A model generated the notes under the pieces. The model was not told the DNA's origin. It did no database searches and saw only the letters and a program-made list of their open reading frames with translations. A DNA stretch of 64,000 nucleotides from the NCBI RefSeq assembly GCF_009914755.1, contig NC_060929.1. One strand, written 5' to 3'. Below are positions 13,935 through 28,506 of the stretch, in pieces. This DNA is from the human T2T-CHM13v2.0 reference genome, Homo sapiens. Every line of letters begins with the position of its first letter. The first letter of the stretch is position 1. The position numbers and the translations under genes were made by a program.

Positions 13935-16369
13935 TAATAGTGATAAATGAAAAGCCTAAGGTATGTTGAATTACCCTTAGAAAATAATTTGAATGTAATG
14001 GTAAAAAGGTGCCCATTTTCCCTTTTACATTTGTATCCCTCTATTTCAATGGCTGTTTCATTTGAGAAGTGCTGTGGAGATGGAGTTATCACTTGGCAGG
14101 CTCTGCAACGTTTGGAGACCTAAGCATTCTCTTCTCCCAGGCAACAGAGTTGTAAGCAGTTGGAATGGGACTTTCAGTGGAAACTTACACCAGTATCAGT
14201 GGGGGTCTGCATTAGCTCACATACTGCATAGGGAGCACACTAGGGGGAACCCCAAAACCACTCCAGCGTTACGAAGACCACATGTGGAAGTGTGGGTCAG
14301 TGGGGTACAGAGATGCCTAGGGTCTCTGGATCCTGTATTGTGAGGCCCTCTAGTAGGGGCATAGTGTAGGGGCAGTGGGGTATACAGGATATGGGACACC
14401 TGACAACACTGGGTGCTCACATACTAGTTTCAAAAGGTAAAGGACACTGCCCTGGGTCTTGAGGGGCTGCAGCTCTTCTCTCTTCTGCACATTCTAATCA
14501 GGTGGTAGATGGCCCTTTTGAAGCATTCCCTTCCTCCTTTCACACTTCAGTATGATATTATAATTGTCACTAGCATCATTTGGGGAATTGTGGACAAGTA
14601 GGGAACTGGAACTGCCTGAGGGAGGAGTACAGAACTGTGCTTTGCAGAAGGCCCCAAGAGCATTAGAGCAGTTACACTGAGGCACAGATAAAGCAGGTGT
14701 TTGAAAATTGGAGAACATTTCTCTGTCCCGTCTAGGGGAAAGCCTCATTGTGGCAGAGGATCAGAGAAGCGGGGTGGTGAAGACTTGCTCTTCTCCTTCT
14801 CACCTGCCTTCTTTGTGCAATTGAAAACAGACCAGGAGAGACTTTATTTAGTTAGACAAATGTATTTGTCTTAGGTGTATTTTTGAAATATTCCCAAGCT
14901 TTTCTTTCTGGGCATAGTCTTTGATTATGTTATTGGTTTAATAATGCTGTAAAAATATTACTTGAGGAAAACGATCAGTACAGTTATGTTGCAGATCTGA
15001 GGAGACTACCCATTGTGCAAATGTAGTGCAGAAAAATCAGGGAGGTCTAGTCATAACATTTCAATTTCAAGCTTCTGATGGGTATTAAAATGATTAAAAT
15101 GGATTTAAAAATAATGAAAAGTACCTCGAGGGTGTCGTTTTAATTTAGGAAATCCAAATTGAGACTTGCATCAGTGATTTAAGGCAAATTAGAATACAGA
15201 ACACATATGACCAACAAAGCAATGACCTTGATGGAAAATTGAGAATGAGAGGCTGTCTCATTCTTGTCCTGCTGACACATAAACTAGGGAGCTTTGTTTC
15301 TTGGCTTGATTTCCTGTTTACATCACTAATTCAGGGATTTGGTGTTTATTCAGCGCCTGTCTTGTGTCATCATCGAGTATGGCACCAGGAATATCAGAAG
15401 GGAAGGTACCATCCAGGATCCTTCCCTCACGCTCTGAGCCCTGATGAAGACAGATGATCAGCAGGGCACCAGAAGTGGAACCTTCTCTGAAACTGGAGCA
15501 GAAGGATAAATCAGTTCCTATGGGGGTGGGATTTCATAGAAGAGAAAGTAGTTTGAGTTGTTACAGCTGCTAAAAGGTGGAGATGGCTGTATGTCTCATA
15601 GGGGACAGCCTGAAGAATAAGGCTTAGAGGAATATTTGGAGACTGGTTTTGTTTCTGTTATGGATAAGATGTAGGTAGGTAGAAGGAGGCAGAAAATGAG
15701 GCAAGAAAATATAGAATTAGATCATATTGCCAGAGGTTTAGTATTCCAAATCAGGAATCTAAACTTGATACATCATATTCAATTACCTCTGCCTGCAGAG
15801 CACCTGCTGATATCATGTGCAGATGGGGTATTTACAACAATTATTAGCAAGAAAGAATGTGTCATCATTTTTTTTGTATGTGTCTATCAACCATATTCAG
15901 TTGGAAATTGAGTTGGAAGTTCCCTTTGTGGTGCAGGAGATTTGGGTTAGGACTTGCTTTTAATGACCCAAGTATATTGATTCTTTCCACTACCCTGAGC
16001 CTCAAATATACCCTAATTCCTAACAATCTTTGTAAAAACCTATACAGAGGCATTGACTCACAAATTTCCTGGGTAAAATCAAGGAAATTTTCTATTAAAA
16101 ATAAAGTTAAGTTTGTTTCTGCTTCATCAATCCAGAGAAAGAGACTTTTAATGATTTTTGCAATTCAGACAATCTAGCAGAATTTTGAATGTATTCTAAT
16201 AAAAACTTTGAATCCAAAGTTAGTCATTCAAAAACATAAGCAGGCAAGCAACAAATATAATATAGCATTATAAGTCATGAAAAAAATAGACATCAGTTAT
16301 TCTACTAGTGAGATATAAAATATAATCAGGATCAAGTTAAACTCTTTCTTAATTAAGCAACATAGCAGA

Positions 16370-16530
16370 GTAGAAATAGCATGAGCTTAAGGGTAGGGCA
16401 GACCTAGGCTCAAATGCTAGCTCTTCTCCTTTCTAGCTCTATGAGCCTTAGCTGTCTATTCACTCTCTAAGTCTCAATTACTCTAGGATAGATATAATAA
16501 TGCCTAGTGTATAGGGTCATTCAGGAAGTG
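16370..16530 (+). mobile_element. MIR SINE fragment
   Basis: cagacctaggctcaaatgctagctct and ctctctaagtctcaatt motifs. Confidence 0.6.
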
Positions 16531-16753
16531 TTATTGTTCTTTTTTAATACAGTAGAACGTAGAACAATACTGCATGAAGACAAATGTCAGATTTGATTCT
16601 GCTTGCCTTGGTGTCTGGCACATAGTAGGCACTTAGTAAGTGTTTAGGAAGTGGAGGGAGTCTTAAAGATCATCTACTGTAGCAGTTCCCAAATGTTTCT
16701 TGCTGCAGCCATCAGCTTTAAGAGGAAAATCAATAAACAGTAGATACTTAATA

Positions 16754-16754
16754 T

Positions 16755-16798
<44 letters not shown>

Positions 16799-16812
16799 CA
16801 GAGAGACAGAGA
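16754..16812. repeat. (TG)n(AG)n compound microsatellite
   Basis: Read directly. Confidence 0.95.
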
Positions 16813-18893
16813 AGGTGGGGATGGGGGAAAGAATAATAGGAACTTCATATGTAACTTAGATTGTCCTAGTCCACTCTGTCTCCTGTATGATTTTTTTATT
16901 CACTTTCAGCTGGCTTCCGTCTTACTCTCCTGAGTTTCATTACTTTGAATTTACCTATATGGAAGGACCTCTGGTGGATTCACATACACTTGCTATTGCT
17001 TGGAGATGATGTTAGTCCCTTGGAGCTTCTTTCCTGAAGTCTTGGGCAGAAAATGACTGGTGTCTCCTCCACACTCTTCTTCACAGTGCCAGACTCTAAG
17101 CATGAATATTCTACCGAATGGTTGTGGATGAGACATTTGAAAACTAGAATGAGAAAGCAACTTGCTCAAGGTCATGCATTTAATTAGCAGTAGAACTTAT
17201 TGCACATTCCTGTTCTGATTTTGCTATCCAGGGAATCCTAGCTTTACAAAATGAGTTGGGAATTTTTTCTCTCTCATCCATGTTCTGAAAGAATTTGTTT
17301 GAGATCTGCTATGTATGTTTGTTAGAGTTTACCAGTGAAGCCTTCCGGGCCTGGAGATGTCTGCGTGGAAAGGTTTTTATTTATACATTTAATTTATTTG
17401 GTAGATATAGGGCTATTCATGTTATCTGTTTCTTTCCTGTAAGTTTTGAATTTTTCAAGGAATTTGCTCATTTTTTCTATTTTGACAAACTCGTTGATAT
17501 ATAATTATTTGTAATCTGATCATCTCAATTGATTTAGAAAAAGCATTTAATAACATTCAAAACCATTCCATGATAAAAACACTAAACATAGTAAGAATAG
17601 TAGGAACTATCTCAACATAATAAAAACCATATCAGAAAAACCAATAGTGAACATGATACTCAATAATGAAAGACTAAAAGCTTTTCCCTTATGATCAGGA
17701 ACAAGGCAAGGAGCTTGTTTTGCCACTTCTATTCAACATAGTATTTAAAGTTCTAGGTGGAGCCATTAGGCAATAAGAAGAAATAAAAGACATCCAAATA
17801 GGAAAAGAAGAAGTAAAATTATCTCTGTTCAGAGATGGTATGATCTTATACTTAGAAAACCCTAAAGATTCCGCACAAAACACTGTTAGAACTAAAAGGT
17901 GAATTCAGCAAAGTAGCAGGATACAAATTTATATACAAAAACCAGTTGAATTTCTGTATACTAATAATGAATAACCTGAAATGTACAATAGCATCAAAAA
18001 GTATAAAAAAACTTAGGAATTAAGAAGTAAGGTGAAAGACCTATACAATGAAAGTTACAAATTATGGTTGAAGAAATTAGACATAAGTAAATAGAAACAT
18101 CTTATGCTCATGGATTAGAAGATAATATTAAGATGTCAGGTCTACCCCCCAAAATCTACAGATTCAATGCACTCCCTATTAAAATCCCAATGATGTGTTT
18201 TGCAGAAACAGAAAAACCCATCCTAAAATTTATATGGAATCTCAAGGCATCCCTAATAGCCAGAACAAAATTGAAAAGGAAAAAAATGGGAAGACTCATA
18301 TTTTCTCATTTCAAGACTTATTACAAAGCTGTAGTAATCAAAACAGTGTAGTACTGGCATACAGACATACAGACCAATGGAATAGAATAGAGCCCAGAAA
18401 TAAACCCTCCTAAATATGTTCAAATGATTTTTGACAAGACTGCTGGGACAATTCAATGGAGAAAGTGCTTTCAGCAAAAGATGCCGGAAAAGTTGTATAT
18501 CCATATGCAAAAGAATGACGGTGGACCTGTATCTAACACCATATACAAAAATTAACTCAAAATGAATCAAAGACCTAAATGTAAGACCTAAAACTCTTAG
18601 AAGAAAACATTGCAAAAGCTTCACAACACTAGAATTGGCAGTGACTGCTTAGGTATGACACAAAAGGCACGGGCAACAAAAGAAAAAGTAAACAAATCAG
18701 ATTTCATGAACATTTTAAGTTTGTGCTTCATAAGACAGCATCAATGGAATAAAAGGACAACCCATAAAGTGGGAACAATTATTTGCCAATCTATTTCTAA
18801 TAAAGGATTGATATCTAGACTGTGTAGGGAACTCTTAAAATTCAACAAAAGCAAACTAATTTTAAAATGGGCAAAGGATTGAATAGACATTTC

Positions 18894-18984
18894 TCCAAAG
18901 AAGATATAAAAATGTCCAATATATATTCCAAAGAAGATATAAAAATGTCCAATATATATTCCAAAGAAGATATAAAAATGTCCA
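18894..18984. repeat. 33-bp tandem repeat, ~2.75 perfect copies, inside L1
   Basis: Unit tccaaagaagatataaaaatgtccaatatatat starts at 18894, 18927 and 18960. Confidence 0.95.
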
Positions 18985-19008
18985 GTAAGCACGTGAAAAG
19001 ATGCTCAA

Positions 19009-19270
19009 GGCTGGATACCTATAATCCCAGTACTTTGGGAGGCCAAGGCGGGAGGATCACTTCAGCCCAAGAGTTTGATACCAATCCTAGCATCATAGCA
19101 AGACTTAGGCCGGGCATGGTGGCATGTACCTGTAGTCCTAGCTACTCAGAGGCTGAAATTGGAGGATTACTTGAGCCCAGGAGGTCAAGGCCACAGTGAG
19201 CTTTGATTGTGCCACTACACTCCAGCCTGGGTGATAGAGTGAGACCGTATCTTTAAAAAAAAAAAAAAGA
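19009..19270 (+). mobile_element. AluJ-like element inside L1MB
   Basis: ggaggatcacttcagccc and ttgagcccaggaggtcaaggc; the central A-rich linker is missing; TSD aaaagatgct on both sides. Confidence 0.9.
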
Positions 19271-20449
19271 AAAAGATGCTGAACATTACTAGTCACTAGG
19301 GAAATGTGAATCAAAGATACAAGGGTATATTACCTGAAACCCATTAGGATGGCTACAATAAAACAAAACAAGTGTTGACATAGATGTTGAGAAATAGGAA
19401 CTCTTCTGCAGTGTTGGTGGTGATGTAAATTGGTATACCTACTGTGGAAAATAGTATGGAAGTTCCTAAAATAATTAAAAACAGAATTACCACATGACCC
19501 AGCAATTCTACTTCTGGATATACGTCCAAAAGAAAGCAAGGTCTTGAAAAGTATGTTTATAACAGCATTATTCACAATAGCTAAAATGAGGAAGCAACCT
19601 AAGTAACCATCAGCAGATGAATGGGTAAACAAAATGTGTTATGTGCACACAATGGACTTAAAAAGGAATGAAATTCTGATATATGCTATAGCATGGATGA
19701 ACCTTGAAGACATTATGCTAAGTGAAATAAGACAATCACAAAGTCGAATCCTATATGATTTCACTTATACAAGACACTTAAGATCGTCAAAATCATAGCC
19801 ACAGAAAGTAGAATGGTGGTTGCCAGGAACTGGTGGAGAGAGAAATGAGGAATTATTTTTTAACAGGTATAAAGTTTGTTTTACACCATGAAGAGAAGTT
19901 ATAGAGATGGATAGTGGTGATGGTTGCACAATATTATATCCATATTTATAGCATTGAACTTTATACTTAGGAATGGTTAAGATGGCAAATTTTGTCATAT
20001 GTATTTTACCACAATATAAATCTAAAAAAATATTTGTAATATAGCCTTTATTGTCCATTTGATTCTGTAGGATCTGTATATAGTAATATATTGTAATATC
20101 TTCCTTTTTGTTCTTAGTCTATCTAGAGGTTTATTCTTTGAAAATTTTGATTTCATTACTTTTTCACCATTTTTTATTTTGTTGATTTTTGTATCTTTAT
20201 TATACCTCCTTTCTACTTAATTCATGTTTCATTTGCCCTTCTAGCTTTTTAAGATAGAAGCTTAGATAATTGATTTTAGATACATGTTTTTTTCTTTCTT
20301 GAATAAGGGTTCAAAGCTGTAAATTCCCCCTCTAAATATGCGTTAGTTGAATCTCAAAAGTTTTGAAATTTTATGTTTTTATTTTCATATAATTCAGAAT
20401 ATTTTCTAATTTTCCTTATCATTTCCTTGTTAACCTGATTTTGGAAGTG

Positions 20450-22480
20450 GGTTTTTTAAAATTAAGACTATTTTGGAAAAATTTTAGGTTTACAGGAAAT
20501 TCAGCAGATAATATGGAGTTCCCATGTACCTCGTCTCTCTCTTATTTATGGATTTCTCTGTTATTAACATCTTGCATGAAGTGGTTTGTTACAATTTATG
20601 AACCAGTATTGATACATATTGTTAACTAAAATACCTATTTTAAATTAGGGTGCACTCTGTGTTGTACAGTTCTATGGGTTTTGACAAAAGCATAATGTCA
20701 TTTATCCACCCTTACGTTATTACAAATGATAGTTTCACTGCCCTAAAAATCCTCTGTGCTGAACCTAGTCATCCCTCTCTTCCCACTCCAAACCTCTGGA
20801 AACCACTTATCTTTTTACCATCTCTGTAGTACTGCTGTTTTTGAATGTTGGAATCGTAGTATGTGGCCTTTTCAGTCTGGGTTCTTTCACTTAGCAATAT
20901 GCATTTAAAATTCCTCCATGTCTTTTCATGGCTCCATAGCTCACTTATTTTTATTGTTGTGTGAAATTCATTGTATGGATGTACCACAGTCTGCTTCTCT
21001 AGTCACTTTTTGAAGGATATCTTAGTTGCTTCGTCTTTTTGGCAAATATGAATAAAGCTGCTATTAACATTCATGTGAAGATTTTTGTTCAGACATATGC
21101 TTTCAAGTCATTTGGGTAGACATGTAGAAGCATGATTACTGTATGGTATAGCATGACTATGTTTAGCTTTGGAAAAAAACTGCCAAACTGTCTTCCAAGG
21201 TGGCTGTAACATCTTGTATTTACACCAACAATGAAGTTCTCATTGCTACACAGTCCCGCCAAAGTTTGATATTGTCCATTTTCAATTTTAGTGATTTTGA
21301 TACATACGTTATGGTATTTCACTGTTGCTTTAATATGCAATTTCTTAATGCCATGTTGAGCTTTCTTTCAAGTGCTTATTTGCCATCTGTATAACTTCTT
21401 TGGTGAGGTATCTGTTCAGATCTTTTTCTTATTTTTAAATTGGGTTGCTTGTTTTCTTACCATTGAGTTTTAAGAGTTCTTTGTATATTTTCGATACAGG
21501 TACTTTGTCAGATATATTTGTAAATATTTTTCCCAATGTCACCTGTCTTTTAGTACTCTTAACAATGTCATTCACAGAGCAGATAATTTTAATTTTAATG
21601 AAGTGCTACTTATCAAATTTTTTGATCATGGATCATACTTTTGGTGTTTATCTAAAAAGTCATCACAGAACACAAGGCCACCTAGATTTTCTTCTATGTT
21701 TTCTTTGAGAAATTTTACGGTTTTTGGTTTTACAACTAGGTCTATGATTCAATTTTGAGTTAATTTTTATGAAAGGTACAAAACCTGTGTCTAGATTTGC
21801 TTTTTTGCATGTCCATTTGTTCTAGCACCATTTTTTAAAAGATTGTCTTCTCCTTTGAATTGCCTTTACTCCTTTGTCAGCAATCAATTGACTCTACTTG
21901 TGTGAACCTATTTCTGAACTTTATATTCTCTTCCATTGAGATATATATATATATTTTCTGTTCCATTGATTATATATAGAGACATATATATATGTGTGTG
22001 TGTCTATTCTTTAGCTAGTACCGTGCTGTCTTGATTACTGTAGCTTTAGAGTAAGTTTTGAAGTCAGATAGTGTGTGTTCTTACACTTTCTTCTTCGTTT
22101 TAGCTAGTATTGTGCTAGCTTTTCTGGGTCTTTTCCCTTTCCATATAAACTTTAGCATCAGTTTATTGATTTCTACAAAGCAGCTTACTGGGATTTTGAT
22201 TTTAATTGTATTGAATCTATGGGGCAAGTTGGGAATAACTGACATCTTAATAATAATGAGTCTCTCAATTAATTTATATCTTTAATTGCTCTCACTAGTT
22301 TCTGTAGTTTTCTCCGTATAGATCCTTTACATATTTTGTTAGATTGATAGTTAAGTATTTCATTTTTTGGTGTTATTGCAAATGATATTGTGTTTTTAAC
22401 TTTAGTTTCCAATTGCTCATTGATGGTATATCAGGAAAAAATTCACTTTTGTATATAACCTTATATCTACAACCTTAGTA
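20450..22480 (-). mobile_element. L1MC-like LINE-1 3' portion
   Basis: Antisense 3'UTR ttttaggtttacagg..gttcccat followed by antisense ORF2 remnants (MVHPYNE, HEKTWRN). Confidence 0.8.
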
Positions 22481-23194
22481 TAATGTCAGATTTTAAAAAT
22501 TGATTTCCAAATAAATTCTGTTGTATAAAAAACACACTGTTTAATTTTAACTTTTTAAAATTTAGTGAGACATGTTGATGATCAGCATAAAATCTAAGTT
22601 GGTAAATGTTTCGAGTGCACTGGAAAATAATTTTGAGTTATTATTTTGTAAATATCAATTAAGTCAATTGGGTAATTTTGGTTTTTTAAAAGTCTCCTTT
22701 ATATTTACTAACTTTTGTCTTTGATTCCATCAGTTACTAAAAAAGAATTGTTGAAACCTCTAGTAATAGTTATTATGTTATCTGTTCCTTTTTTAAGTTC
22801 TGTTCATTTTGCTTTATATATTTTGAAGCACTGTCATTTGGTACATACACACTGAGGATTCTTATGAATTTTTGATGAATGGACTCTTTTTTCAGCATAA
22901 AATATCAGTCTTTATCCCTGCTAATATGGTTAGTCCTAAAGTCTATTTTGTCTGATATTAGTATAGCAACTACAGCTTTTCTTTGATTAAAATTTGCATT
23001 GCATATTCTTTCTTCCTTTTCTTTCTTTGTCTTGTTTGCCATCTCTCCCTTCCTTCCTGTTTATTTTTTAACCTTTTGCTATGTTTACATTTAACAGGCA
23101 TTTCTTATAGACAGTATATAGCTGTGTGTTTGCTCATTCTAAAAATCTTTACCTTTTAACTGGGATGATTAGTCCAATCTGTTTATTTATTTAC

Positions 23195-24518
23195 TCATTT
23201 ATTCTGTTTTTCAGGTTTTATTTTAGATTTGGGGGTATATGTGCAGGTTTGTTACCTAGGTTTACTGTGTGATGCTGGGGTTTGGGGTATGAATGATCCT
23301 GTCACCCAGGGACTGAGCATAGTACCCAATAGTTATTTTTAAGTCCCTGTCTCACACGTTTCCTTGCCCATCTAGTAGTCCTCAGTGTCTGTTGTTGCCA
23401 TTTTTATGTCCATGAGTATCCAATGTTTAGCTCCCACTTGTAAGTAAGAACATGTGGTATTTGGTTTTCTATTCCTGCATTAATTTGCTTAGGATAATGG
23501 CCTCTAGCTGCATCTATGTCACTGCAAAGGACGTAATCTAATTCTTTTTTATGGCAGGTAGTATCCCACGATGTGTAAGAACCACATTTTCTTTATCTTA
23601 TCCACCACTGATGGGCCCCTAGGTTGATTCCATGTCTTTGCTATTGTGAATAGTATTCTGATGAACACACAAGTGAATGTGTCTTTTTGATAGAATGATT
23701 TGTTTTCTTTTGGATATATACCCAGTAATGGGATTGCTGGGACAAATGGTAGTTCAGTTTTAAGTTCTTTGAGAAATCTCCATACTGCTTTCCACAGTGG
23801 CTGAACTAATTTACATTCCCACAAACAGTGTATAAGTGTTCCCTTTTCTGTGCAGCCTCACCAGTATCTTTTGTTTTTTGACTTTTTAGTAGTAGCCATT
23901 TCTGATTGGTGTGAGATGGTATCTCATCGTGGTTCTGTTTTGCATTTCTCGGATGCTTAGGGATGAGGAGCGTTTTTTCATTTTTGTTGCCAACTTGTAT
24001 GTTTCTTTGAGAAGTGCCTGTCCCTTTGCCCATTTTTAAATGGATTTATTTGTTTGTTCCTTATTGAGTTGTTTAAGTTCCTTGTAGATTCTGGATATTA
24101 GACCTTTGTTGGATGCATAGCTCATGACTATTTTCTCTCCCATTCTGTAGTTTTGTGTTTACTCTGTTGATAGTTTCTTTTGTGGTGCAGAAGCTTTTTA
24201 ATTTAATTAGATCCCACTTGTCAATTTTTGTTTTTGTTGCAGTTGCTTTTGATGACTTAATTATGAATTCTTTCCCAAGGCTCATGTTCAGAATGGTGTT
24301 TACTAGGTTTTCTTCTAGGATTCTTATAGTTTGATGTCTTACATTTAAGTCTTTAATCCATCATGAGTTAATTTTTGTATATGGTAAAAGGTAGGGGTCC
24401 AGTTTTATTCTTCTGCATGTGGCTAGCCAGCTATATCGGCACCATTTATTGAATTAGGTAGTCCTTTCCCCCCTCTTATTTTTGTCACCTTTGTCAAAGA
24501 TCAGATGGCTGTAGGTGT
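23195..24518 (-). mobile_element. L1PA15/16-like LINE-1 3' 1.3 kb
   Basis: 3'UTR gtgatgctggggtttggggtatgaatgatcctgtcaccc; ORF2 C-terminal peptides [18 protein letters not shown] and [15 protein letters not shown]. Confidence 0.9.
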
Positions 24519-25497
24519 CATAGTTCATTCTTATTTATGTAATCTTTGATATGGTTGTGTTTATATCTACCACTTTACTTTCTAAAATCCATCTTATTTA
24601 TTTTCTTTTCCTCTTTTTCTTTTTTTCTTGACTTCATTTGGATTAATTGAGTAAATTTAGTATTCCATTGTGTCTTCTCTCTTGGCTTATTAACTGCTTT
24701 GTTTTATTTTTTAGTGTTTGTTATAGAGATTTTAATATTATCTTTAACTTCTCACTGTCTACCTTTAAATAATTTTATATTACTTTTCATGTAAGAACCA
24801 TACAAGAATATATTTCATTTTCCTCTCTAATTCCTTATGCTATTCTCAACTGTATATTTTATTTCTATGTGGGTTATAAATCTCATGTTTCTTAACATTG
24901 TTATTATTTTTTATAGTTTGCAGATTCTATCTGATATTTTTCTTTAGTAAGATCTTCCTTTAAACCATCTTTAGTGCGAATCTGCTGGCAGTGGGTTCTC
25001 TCAGCTTTTATTTTTTTCAGGAAAAGAATCATATTTCACCTTCATTTTTGAAGGATATTTTCACTGGATATAAAATATAGATTTATAGTTTTTCTCTTTC
25101 AGAATTTTACAAACAGACATTTATTGTTTTATGGCTGGCATTGCTTCTGAAATGATGTAGGGCTGTGATTCTTATCTTTGGTCTCCTAAAAGTAATATGT
25201 CTTGTTTCTCTGGGTGATATTAAGTTTTTTTCATCATTTATTCTCAAAAATCTCATTAAGATTATGATGTGCTTTGATAGTATTTTTGTGTGTGTTTATC
25301 CTGCTGTTTTTTTTTTGAGCTCATTTTTCTGCCCTAACTTTTCAGTTCTGTTCTTCTGGGACTCCAGTTACAGCTGTGTTAGAAATCACTGAAGCTCTGT
25401 CCATTTTTTTTCCTGCTTTTTTGTTCCTTTGAAAACACTTGATTAGTATCTATTGTTTTTCTTCCAGTATTCTTATAATTTCTTCTTCAATATCTAA

Positions 25498-25846
<349 letters not shown>

Positions 25847-27437
25847 ACATTTTTTATTTTAAATATTGTAATATCAGTTTTAAAAAATTATTCTCACCAT
25901 ACTGAGTTTTTTAAATGTAATTCCTTAAACATATTTATAATAGATGCTTTAAAGTTTTTGTCTGTTAATTCTATCACCTGTCGTTTTGGAGCCTGTTTTT
26001 ATTGACTGAAATTTCTGTCAGTTATCAGTGATAGTTTTCAGCTTCTTTTTATATCTTGTAACTTTTTATTGAATGCTAGATACTATAAATGGTGTGCTAC
26101 CAAGTGTTTGGATTTTGTTGTCTTCCTTTAAAAATAGTTGAATTTTGTTCTGGCAATTAACTGCTCATGAATGAGCTTGATACTTTTGAGACTTAAGCTT
26201 TGTTTGGGTAGATCTAGAATAGCCATTATCACAGGGCTAGTTTACCTGTGAGATTCCAGTCCTGGCTTAGTCCTATTCCTAAGATAAATGTTCCAGATGT
26301 TGAGTGTGACGTCTTCAATCTGGCTCACCAGCACTGGAATGTCTCCCAACGCAGTGGGAGCGCCAGTTGTTCAGTGTACAAAAGCCTGGGTATTTTTAAA
26401 TTCATAATTGTTCTTTGGCAGGCCTTGTGGAATCTCATCCTACTCATGTGTAGTTGGGTAGTCAGGCAAAAATTCAGGAGGAATCTTAAGCAAATTTATA
26501 GAATGCTTTTCTTGTAAATTCCAAATTGCCAATTCCAGCTGCCTGTGCCCCCATGAACTTAAATCTCTGTTTTCTTGGTTTAGAGAAATTGCTGTTTTCC
26601 TTTTGTATTTCTTCTCCATAGAATGGGGTCTGAAAATTGCTTTAGACCAAAAGCTGAGGCAACAATAATTTCAATTTTTATTTTAATCTGTAGCTTTTGT
26701 TTATAATGGCACATAATGTGGGTTAAACCATTCCTGATAAGAGAGAAGTAGAAGAATTTAAGACTGAGAAAAACTTCCAGAATTTTCTGATCTCCCTTTT
26801 ATATACTTCAAGTACAAATCGAGGATCTGAGTATTTTACTTTGCTTAAAGTATTTCTTAATACTTTTATTGTTTTAGTAGATGTTTTACAATGTATTCTA
26901 TGTGATGTGGGTGGTCTGGATATTTATTCTCATAGTTATGCCTCAAGAAAAGCTGGCAAGCTTGAATCAATGGATATCCCTTAATTAAATAAGAAAATAT
27001 GAATTTCAGTGTGTGAACTATACTATACTGTCATTCCAGATATCTTTTTATATATTTAGAGCAAAGGCAATCGTATGGATTTTTAATGACCTAAAATTTA
27101 AAAGGTGGTATTTCTTATAGTTCTGTACAAGTCAGTAAGTCAGGAAAATCTCCAAGTAAAGCTTTACAGTGGCAAGAAGCCTTAAGGATGAGGAAGAAAT
27201 TAGGATATACTGATTCTTTTAAGGTATCTTCTGTGGCACACTCAAGATAACATAGCAATGAGCTAAAACGTCCAGAAGAAAGAATTATCAGTACATTTAA
27301 AACCTAGGAGGAAAAGTGGTTTATTTCTTTGCAGAGAACAGACATAAATAATCATCTTAAATTGGAAGGCTGGACAAAATATTCACAGGTTTATGTGTTC
27401 TACAGGAAAGACTGAATTCATAACCATTACTATCTGT

Positions 27438-27555
27438 TTCTCTCTCCCTCACTCTTCCTCTCTTTCTCTCTTCCTCTCTCTCTCTCTCTATATATATATG
27501 TATGTATATATATATACATATATATACCACATATATATGTGTATATGTGTATACA
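27438..27555. repeat. (CT)n(TA)n low-complexity microsatellite
   Basis: Read directly. Confidence 0.9.
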
Positions 27556-27782
27556 TCATTGAATATAGATATGCTATATTTAAATTGAAGAAAGAACATT
27601 TGAATAGAGCTTTATGGCTTAAAATGTATTTTTCACTTTATTATTTTAATCCTCATTATACTATCCTGAGAAAGATATTGTAGCAATCTTCTGTGGAGAC
27701 TTAGTACTTTTCCCTATTCCTGTTCTTCCAATACCAGTAGCCACCTTACAGTTTTCCGTTGGAGAATCTCTGCCCCCCACCC

Positions 27783-28067
27783 TTTTTTTAAAATCGAGAC
27801 AGGGTCTCACTCTGTTGCCCAGACTGGACAGCCTCAACTCACTGCAGCCTTGACTTCCAGGGTTCAAGTGATCTGCCCACCTCAGCCTTCTGAGTGGCTG
27901 GGACTACAGGCATGTACCATGCCCGGCTAATTTTATTTTATTTTATTTTGTAGAGAGGGGTTTTTGCCATGTTGCTCAGACTGATCTCAAACTCCTGTGT
28001 TCAAGTGATCTACCTGCCTTGGCCTTCCAATGTGCTGGGATTACAGGTGTGAACCACTGTGCCCAGC
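27783..28067 (-). mobile_element. AluJ-like element
   Basis: gagacagggtctcactctg and ctcactgcagccttgac; diverged dimer. Confidence 0.9.
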
Positions 28068-28506
28068 TGTGTGCCCTAGAGTTCCAGGAAGGCTGTTAAT
28101 CACAGTCTCCTGCTATCCCCTGGCTATTTTCCCCTGGTGGTCAGTCAAAATTAACCACCCTCCCCTTCCACTTCAGTGGCTGGTTGAAAACCTGAATGTA
28201 ATTCTGTTTGGCTCTATGAGATCTCTCCTTGGCACTTTCCTACTGAAATCAATATGGGGAACATGTCCTCTTGCCTTAGGGGTTCTGTTACTAGATATAT
28301 ATAAATTCGGAGCTACCTGAAATATCCAAATTGATTAGAGTAGGAGAGAATGAGGTTAAGATCCTGAGTTCAGATGAAATGAAGAGATAAAAAATATTTC
28401 CCAGTGGGCTGAAGTCTTAGATCCAGCCATATTTAAGCTGTTTCATGAACAGATAAATTCCTTTTCCCTTAAGCTAATGAAAGATGGGTATTTTTCACTT
28501 GCAACC

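Larger units (their letters stand above)
17516..20030 (+). mobile_element. 5'-truncated L1MB-like LINE-1 (ORF2 RT/C-terminal remnant plus 3'UTR)
   Basis: ORF2 peptide remnants ([19 protein letters not shown]); 3' end tgtattttaccacaat plus A-tail; TSD tatttgtaat at 17506-17515 and 20031-20040. Confidence 0.9.

Noticed and set aside
18867-19199. ORF with a SKEDIKMSNIY repeat; the DNA repeat looks superficially CRISPR-like
   Set aside because: Head-to-tail tandem repeat without unique spacers, inside L1 and running into an Alu; the DNA is eukaryotic with no cas genes
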